A DNA stretch of 64,000 bases from Promethearchaeota archaeon Loki_b32 (GTDB lineage Archaea; Asgardarchaeota; Lokiarchaeia; Sigyniarchaeales; SOKP01), in contig NJBH01000005.1 of NCBI GenBank assembly GCA_005223125.1, positions 96,001 to 160,000 on the forward strand, read 5' to 3'. A program made the position numbers and the translations under genes. Of this stretch, positions 57,702 to 64,000 are shown in pieces (the stretch's first letter is position 1; each line of letters opens with the position of its first letter). Below the pieces are notes generated by a model, which saw nothing but the letters and a program-made list of their open reading frames with translations, was not told the DNA's origin and searched no databases.

Positions 57702-58334
57702 TCATTTCTTTTGAACAATGTAATCAATATAGGAATCTTTCATTACTCGATCTTCAATTTTCTTGTGTAATATTCTTTTTTCTTTAAATAATATCTCGAT
57801 TTCTAGGTTTTTAAAAAAACTGTCAGATTCTTCGTCAGTAAAAAAAGTATGCATTACTTTCTCATCACCTTCAATTTGTATAAATTCACCAGGATTTTCT
57901 TCTTCACCTTCACCATAAAACTCTGAATCCACAGAGAGGAAATTAACGAAACAAAGACCCTCCGGTTTTAAAACACGAATCATTTCGTCTACGGCCTTTT
58001 TAATATCTTTTTTATTCATATGAAATATTGTATTCCAAGAGTATACATGTCCAAAATAATTGGATTCAAAAGATATTGTTCGCATATCACCCAATTGCAT
58101 AGAAAGTTCTAATTTGTGTTGTTTTGCATAATCTTGGGCCATTTCTAGTCGTTCTTCAGAAAATTCTATTCCAATAGCATCAAATCCTAATAGTACAAAA
58201 AGTTCCTGTTTAGGATACGGTCCACCTGAACCACAATCGAGAATTTGTCCCTTGACATCAGATTCAGAAAGATATGATAAAAAATTATAGAAAGGGGCGG
58301 GATATAATAACTCTTTTGCTATGATCATAAACAA
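57702..58334 (-). CDS. Class I SAM methyltransferase
   Basis: ILDCGSGG, GDMR, EMIRVLKPEG. Confidence 0.9.
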   Translation of the reverse strand: MFMIIAKELLYPAPFYNFLSYLSESDVKGQILDCGSGGPYPKQELFVLLGFDAIGIEFSEERLEMAQDYAKQHKLELSMQLGDMRTISFESNYFGHVYSWNTIFHMNKKDIKKAVDEMIRVLKPEGLCFVNFLSVDSEFYGEGEEENPGEFIQIEGDEKVMHTFFTDEESDSFFKNLEIEILFKEKRILHKKIEDRVMKDSYIDYIVQKK

Positions 58335-58444
58335 ATAAAAGCCATATCATTAAAAAATACATTTAAATTTACTTTTTATATTCAAAATATTGAAAATAAA
58401 GAAGGAGGATAAATTATACCCAAACTTTTCATTGTATTTCTAAT

Positions 58445-59287
58445 TCATGATATACTTTTAAACCAATCACGTACAACACGAAAAAACTCATCTGGTGTCT
58501 CAAAATAGGGGTAATGACCGCATTTTTCAAATATATGGAGTTCAGAATTGGGAATACCATCATGCATGCGTTGAGCTTGGGATGGTGGACATATAAAATC
58601 GTATTTTCCTACTAAAATTAATGTTGGTACTTCAATTTTAGTAAGCTGTGAGCTCACATTATATTTTGGCATCAAAATATCAGTGAGGGCTGCCACTTTG
58701 GGATTTAATATCATTTTATCTATTAATCTATTTGACATCTCTTCTGCTTCAGAAGTATACTCATAGAAATACAATGGTTGTAAAATTTTAAATTGATTTC
58801 TAAATCCTTCTATAGTAGGATCAACTGGAGTATTTAAAGTTTCTATAATTTCTGGTGTTGGATTTTTATTTTGGACAATCGCCATCACTTCTTCCATGTA
58901 ATCAAATGTAGGAGCAGTATCTATAAGCATCAGGTAATTAATGTTTTCTGGATGACGAATTGCGTAGTTTAAGGCAACATATCCACCGGAAGAATTACCA
59001 ATAACCCCTATTTTTTCATAACCTAATCTCTCACGTAATGCATTGGCATCATCGGCAAGTTGCTCATACGTGATGGTTTTGATCGGCGGTCTTCCAGAGC
59101 GCCCGTGTCCTCTATGATCAAAAAAAATCAGTTTGAAAATATCGCCTAAAGGATCAAGGGTTGGACGTAAATAAGTATGATCCATTCCTAACCCCCCATG
59201 CATAACTAAAAAGGGAGTTCCCGAACCAAATTCATTATAATACAATTCAGTATCATTAACCTTAGTTATAGTCATTATTTCACCCAA
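58445..59287 (-). CDS. Alpha/beta hydrolase (proline iminopeptidase-like)
   Basis: HGG, DHRGHGRS, GNSSGG, GKYD, GHYP. Confidence 0.9.
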   Translation of the reverse strand: MGEIMTITKVNDTELYYNEFGSGTPFLVMHGGLGMDHTYLRPTLDPLGDIFKLIFFDHRGHGRSGRPPIKTITYEQLADDANALRERLGYEKIGVIGNSSGGYVALNYAIRHPENINYLMLIDTAPTFDYMEEVMAIVQNKNPTPEIIETLNTPVDPTIEGFRNQFKILQPLYFYEYTSEAEEMSNRLIDKMILNPKVAALTDILMPKYNVSSQLTKIEVPTLILVGKYDFICPPSQAQRMHDGIPNSELHIFEKCGHYPYFETPDEFFRVVRDWFKSIS

Positions 59288-59385
59288 ATTAATTTGATTT
59301 TAAAAACTAAAATTGAATAAAAGTATATTAGAATATAATATTTAAAAACTTCTTTATTTGTATTTCAACTTTTTTTTTTAACCAA

Positions 59386-59770
59386 TTTGGGACTCTAAAA
59401 TCATCAACTACAATACATTTCCCATACTCCCTATCAATACTGAAAAACAAGAAAGAAATGGTGAATTAATCAGAACAATCAAAGGTTTTGCTGAAAGTAC
59501 TTTTAGTAAAAATTCTGTTGGACTAGAATTAACTTTAACAGGACATAAAGATTAGCAAAAGTCAATATTAAAAGTGGATATCTTTGCTGAAGATGAAGAT
59601 ATGAGCCCTCATATCATATCTGAATTTGAAAACGCTATGAAACCTCAGAATTGTCCTGAATGTGAGGAAGACTTACCCCAGAACTGGTGAAAAAATTCTT
59701 TTCAGAGTTACCTGCGTATTGTGAGGCTTGTGGTGCAGAATTGCATGAAACAAGTGAAAAAGATAATTGA
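59386..59770 (+). pseudogene. Remnant of a protein with a C-terminal double Zn-ribbon
   Basis: ..GELIRTIKGFAE..GHKD* (TAG 59553) QKSILKVDI..CPEC, 1-nt frameshift near 59680, ..CEACGAEL..*. Confidence 0.7.
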
Positions 59771-59820
59771 TATGATAGGGGGGAATGATTTTTAATATTG
59801 CTCTTTGATATATTTATTTA

Positions 59821-60651
59821 CTAGAGAAAGAAATCGTTATAAAGGTCAACACTAGAATCTATTGCGTATTTATCTAAATCGGTTATTCCATGGTCTTTAA
59901 GGATCTTCTCATCAATGAAAAAGTTACCTATACACTCTTTACTTGGTTTTGTTAGAATTAGGTAAGCAGCATCTGCTACAATTTCCGGTTTTCTTGAGTG
60001 TTTGACTGCTGATTTTCCACCTAATAAATTTCTAACTGCAGCAGTTGCGATTGAAGTGCGAGGCCATAAAGCATTGACAGCAATACCATCATTTTTAAAT
60101 TCTTCCGCCATACCTAGAACACACATACTCATTCCATATTTAGCCATTGTATAAGCTAAATTATTTTTGAACCATTTTGGGTCCATATTTAAAGGAGGGG
60201 ATAAATTTAAAATATGAGGATTTTCGGCTTTTTTTAAGAAGGGTATGCATAGCTTTGAGCATAAAAAAGTTCCACGTACATTCACAGAGAACATGAGATC
60301 GTACCGTTTCATTTCAATTTCTAGCGTTGGAGATAAATTTATTGCACTCGCATTATTTACAAGGATATCAATCCCTCCAAAGTTATCTAATGTCGCATCA
60401 ATAGCAGCTTGGATTTGATCCTCAAATCTTATATCTGCTATGCACGGAATAGCATTACCCCCCGCAGATTCAATATCTTCTACAGAAGAATATACTGTTC
60501 CAGGTAATTTTGGATGAGGTTCTTTCGTTTTAGCTACTACTGCTATATTAGCACCATCTTGAGCTGCTCTTAATGCTATTGTTTTTCCAATCCCCCTACT
60601 AGCTCCAGTGATGAATAATGTTTTTCCTTTTAAAGTCGACAACTTTATCAT
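59821..60651 (-). CDS. SDR oxidoreductase (HSDL2-like)
   Basis: TGASRGIG, PHPKLPGT, NNASA, YTMAK, NALWP. Confidence 0.92.
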   Translation of the reverse strand: MIKLSTLKGKTLFITGASRGIGKTIALRAAQDGANIAVVAKTKEPHPKLPGTVYSSVEDIESAGGNAIPCIADIRFEDQIQAAIDATLDNFGGIDILVNNASAINLSPTLEIEMKRYDLMFSVNVRGTFLCSKLCIPFLKKAENPHILNLSPPLNMDPKWFKNNLAYTMAKYGMSMCVLGMAEEFKNDGIAVNALWPRTSIATAAVRNLLGGKSAVKHSRKPEIVADAAYLILTKPSKECIGNFFIDEKILKDHGITDLDKYAIDSSVDLYNDFFL

Positions 60652-60840
60652 CTAAATTATTTTTTTTTTGAGTATATTGCTATCTTTATTTTCAGATTGT
60701 CTTAAATAGTTTATAGTAATAGTTCATAAGAAATTGTTTATTTTTCTAGTTTAATTACTACAATTCTTTAGTCTAGATGCTTCTAACTTGTAAAGGAAAA
60801 GAACCTATTTCTGACTATTTAATTAAGGATGAATATTTAA

Positions 60841-61764
60841 TTAAGGATTATAATCAGGGTGTCTAACTCCGAGTTCCTCTAATAAAGGGATTAGGAAGTT
60901 GTTATAGAAGTTTTTTATATGTAATACTTTCCCCAAATAGAGATGTAAGAATTCTTGAATCTCGTATTTGATCTTATTAATATCAATAAAATCATGTTCA
61001 GGTTTTATCTTTATCTTATCTAAATTTAAAGGAGCTAGTTGCTTCATTATTAAATATCGCATAAATTGTATAAAAGTGCTCTCAACCAAACTTTCTTCTT
61101 CTTCATTTAATTCATAAACCTCATGAGCAACTTTATTCCTTAAGTCTCCTACATCTTTGGTCAATATTTCAAGGTTCTTAGGGAGATTTAATTCCTCGAT
61201 TTTTTGTACTACTGTTTTATTATTATGATCCTCGACTTGTGAATCCAGGTAATCAACTAAAGTTGAGAAAAAGTGTATTAAGAATTTGAACGAATCAATG
61301 GATTTGTCTTCTTTCCATTTGTTATAAGAACTTCCCCATTGGTTAAAATTTACTTCATCTAAAGCATTCTTAATGCTTATTTTAATGCTATCCACTTTCT
61401 CTATAAAATAATCCGAATAATCCATGTACGGTTTCACACTTGGGTCAAACTGATATTTATATGTATTCCCAAATTCCTTAATTGCCCCCAATTTTTTTAT
61501 TAGAGAGGGGTCTTCTATAATTTCTTTTCTCCCAATTTCTGCCGCAAATCTTAGCAAATATCCACACTCCGGACAATATGTTACATATGACCCCCGGAAT
61601 GATGTGAATGGTTTGAGCTCAAGCTGATGTTTACCATTTGGAAACTCTATAAGTTTTCCTTTAGTTTCCATTGGATCAAAGTGTGTCTTTTCATAATGAA
61701 ACGATTCTGGGATAAATTTAGAAGTACAAACGGGACATTTAACATTCTCTCTTTTTTGTGTCAT
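60841..61764 (-). CDS. Zn-ribbon plus HEPN/DUF4145-like protein
   Basis: CPVC...CPECG; helical C-terminal half with LRNKVAH (Rx4H). Confidence 0.6.
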   Translation of the reverse strand: MTQKRENVKCPVCTSKFIPESFHYEKTHFDPMETKGKLIEFPNGKHQLELKPFTSFRGSYVTYCPECGYLLRFAAEIGRKEIIEDPSLIKKLGAIKEFGNTYKYQFDPSVKPYMDYSDYFIEKVDSIKISIKNALDEVNFNQWGSSYNKWKEDKSIDSFKFLIHFFSTLVDYLDSQVEDHNNKTVVQKIEELNLPKNLEILTKDVGDLRNKVAHEVYELNEEEESLVESTFIQFMRYLIMKQLAPLNLDKIKIKPEHDFIDINKIKYEIQEFLHLYLGKVLHIKNFYNNFLIPLLEELGVRHPDYNP

Positions 61765-61923
61765 GTTATTTCTCTATATTATTTTTTTTCGATAAAACTC
61801 CAAGTTACAAAATAATAAAACCTTATATATTAGGTTTATTGAAAACATTCACCAAAAGAATTATTAAATATTATATTATTTGAGAAATAGCTTACATTAT
61901 TTTTATTAACATAAAAGAAAATA

Positions 61924-62197
61924 TCATAATATTATCTGATCATCAAGAATTTCGATCTGAAAGATTTTTCCATCAGTCCAAACTTCACAAGTTTTTTGAT
62001 TTGTCCATAGATACGTGCCATCCCAGGTAATGACAATCGTCTCCTCTGAAACAGGATAAATTTTGCCTAATAAAGTACCATTCACCGCCCATTTTGTGAG
62101 TTCTGTTTCAGAAGCAGCCCAAAAGTGACTTCCTGTCCATGTTAAGATACTAAAAATCGTCCCTCCACTAAGATTTATACCATCATATCCCTTAGAA
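61924..62197 (-). pseudogene. Start-less C-terminal remnant of a beta-propeller protein
   Basis: Open frame with LTWTGSHFW and ITWDGTYLW repeats; no start codon after the antiporter stop. Confidence 0.65.
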
Positions 62198-63220
62198 TTA
62201 AATTTGAAACATGGATATTTTCAATATTGTATAAACGCCATAAAAACTAATTAATAGTATTCCTTCCCATCTTTTTAAGGTTTTTTTACTCCATAAGAAA
62301 TAGATCGCAATAAATAACGCCAAGAATAGAACAGGTATATCAAAAACCAGAATTATCCTCGGAACATTAAAATTAATTATTATTGCTCCTGAGCCTGTAG
62401 CTAATAAAATATCGCATATATTGGAACCTAATATATCTCCTACCGCGATTCCAAATGATCCTCTCCTAATAGCGGTTAAGTCAGCAACTAGTTCCGGTAA
62501 ACTTGTACCAAACCCAACTATTAAAATTCCAATTACATTTTCAGGAATATGAAATTCTCTTGATAAATCGTGTGATGATAATAGTGTGATTTCTGCTGCG
62601 AATACTAATATAAAAAGACCTATTAAAAAAATACAAATATCTTTAAATGTTGATGAGGTTTTATGAGGACTCTCAATTGGTTCAAAAGCTACTGTATCTA
62701 AACGTTCTTTTTCAAGATAACTAGATTCTAATTTTTTATATTTTGTTAGACGTCTCTCACTCCAAATTACTAATAATAGATAAATGATATATATTATTAT
62801 CATTAAGAGTGCTTCAAATCGGGTAAGAATTCCATCAAGGGAGAAAAAAAGAAAAATCAATAAGGAAATAAAGAGCATAGGACCTTCCCTTCTCAATTCC
62901 CACTTACTGACGAAAATCGGTTGGCTTACTGCTAAAATTCCAAGGATTAAAGTAATTTGGGTCAAAAAAGAACCAATTTTATTTCCAATCACTATTCCAT
63001 CAATGGTAGGATCAATACCAAGAAGCTTATCAAAACCACCCATTATACTGACTGCAATCTCTGGCAGACTAGTCCCAATCGATAATATCGTCAGTCCTAC
63101 CATTATATGACTAATATGAAAGCGATCTGCAATACTTTCAAGTCCAATTATCACAACTTTCGCGCCAAAAAATAACCCAATAAACCCTAATATTAAAAAG
63201 AGAAGTGATAATAAGATCAT
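62198..63220 (-). CDS. Ca2+/Na+ antiporter (CaCA, YrbG/NCX-like)
   Basis: Two alpha-repeats GTSLPE; GNKIGS and GDILGSN. Confidence 0.93.
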   Translation of the reverse strand: MILLSLLFLILGFIGLFFGAKVVIIGLESIADRFHISHIMVGLTILSIGTSLPEIAVSIMGGFDKLLGIDPTIDGIVIGNKIGSFLTQITLILGILAVSQPIFVSKWELRREGPMLFISLLIFLFFSLDGILTRFEALLMIIIYIIYLLLVIWSERRLTKYKKLESSYLEKERLDTVAFEPIESPHKTSSTFKDICIFLIGLFILVFAAEITLLSSHDLSREFHIPENVIGILIVGFGTSLPELVADLTAIRRGSFGIAVGDILGSNICDILLATGSGAIIINFNVPRIILVFDIPVLFLALFIAIYFLWSKKTLKRWEGILLISFYGVYTILKISMFQI

Positions 63221-63372
63221 GGCTTGTTAATAAAATTGTTATCAAATTTAAACTTTTAAATTAAAGTGCTTTAATGAAAATAATTGCAAAACTATAAATC
63301 AATAATGTTTTTTTGGATAAAATACTAATCCTATTTTATTGAAAAATCTTATAAAATAAAAGTGACTAGGGT

Positions 63373-64000
63373 ATGGATAAAAGAGGAAAGAGAATTATAT
63401 ATGTGAGCCAGTGTATACTTAATCAAAATTTAAGATTTCCAGGAATTGCAATAGAAAGTGGAGCTATCAGTGAACTTTTAATCCCTATTATGAAGAATGG
63501 CATAGGAATAGAATCAATGCCTTGTCTCGAGAGATTAGGATGGGGTGGAGTTCAAAGAACCACTTTTTTCAAATATTTTCCAATGATTTCTAAAAATATA
63601 GGCTCATTTAAGTTTCCGATAATAAAGTTTTTTCTAAGATCATGGTTGAAAAAATATAAGAACCTATGTAAGAAAGAAGCAAAAAAGATTATTCTTCAAA
63701 TGCAAGATTATCATAATTCAGGATATACAATATTAGGAATTATCGCTACAAATGATAGTCCTACGTGTGGTTATACTCAAACAATTAACTTTCTTGAAAT
63801 TATCTCAAAGTTTAAAGAATTAGATATAAAAGGTGAATTTGAAAACCCCACTCTAGAAAAAATGAAAATTATTATTCCCCGTCTATGCGAAAATGGATCT
63901 GGCTATTTTATGTCAGAAATGGCAAAACAAATAAAAAGGAGAGAACTTAAAGTAGATATTATTGGATTCAATATTTGGAATAATCTAGCGGAAGAAATTG
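63373..64000 (+). CDS. DUF523/TudS (2-thiouracil desulfurase)-like protein, truncated by the window end; not in the ORF track
   Basis: MDKRGKRIIYVSQCILNQN..MPCLE..LGII..DSPTCG..GSGYFM; frame is open to the end of the window. Confidence 0.75.
   Translation, partial: MDKRGKRIIYVSQCILNQNLRFPGIAIESGAISELLIPIMKNGIGIESMPCLERLGWGGVQRTTFFKYFPMISKNIGSFKFPIIKFFLRSWLKKYKNLCKKEAKKIILQMQDYHNSGYTILGIIATNDSPTCGYTQTINFLEIISKFKELDIKGEFENPTLEKMKIIIPRLCENGSGYFMSEMAKQIKRRELKVDIIGFNIWNNLAEEI

Noticed and set aside
59553-59555. Pyrrolysine readthrough of the TAG
   Set aside because: The same frame also has a frameshift and no start, so decay is the simpler explanation.
1715-63110. Short overlapping or antisense ORFs in the track (for example 1715, 2433, 8520, 14846, 18705, 34527, 44611, 49261, 62784)
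   Set aside because: They are shadows of well-supported genes and carry no motifs.
1-64000. CRISPR array, tRNA, rRNA, transposase or integrase
   Set aside because: No regularly spaced repeats, cloverleaf-like GC islands or recombinase motifs were seen by eye; tRNAscan/Infernal were not run.

Overview
This is an AT-rich, gene-dense archaeal window that very probably comes from an Asgard archaeon (Lokiarchaeia/Promethearchaeia-like). The assignment is inferred from a Rab-like GTPase, an Arf/Rag-like GTPase, three longin-domain proteins, a roadblock domain, WD40/TPR proteins, GGTGA-type ribosome-binding sites and oligo-T terminators. About 60 CDS are present, mostly metabolic or detoxification enzymes: amidohydrolase, two OYE flavoenzymes, nitroreductase, three MBL hydrolases, acyl-CoA ligase, GH3, haloalkane dehalogenase, SDRs, methyltransferases and transporters. 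I saw no rRNA, tRNA, CRISPR array or transposase. The most interesting locus is a three-gene operon at 52794-56063. It encodes a single-pass receptor-like protein (signal peptide, sequon-rich ectodomain, TM helix, cytoplasmic longin domain), an Arf/Rag-like small GTPase and a stand-alone longin protein, which together make a candidate receptor-coupled small-GTPase signalling module. Other notable loci are (i) a Cys-rich marR-arsM-arsM cluster with a palindromic operator, directly upstream of dsrEFH/tusDCB, (ii) an ABC-exporter operon with three paralogous membrane proteins, an unannotated 31-aa microprotein, a wHTH regulator and an 18-bp-periodic operator, (iii) longin-roadblock, tandem-SH3, claudin-like tetraspan and Zn-ribbon-HEPN proteins, (iv) two apparent ATA start codons and (v) several gene remnants. 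All calls come from reading motifs by eye; no database search was run.
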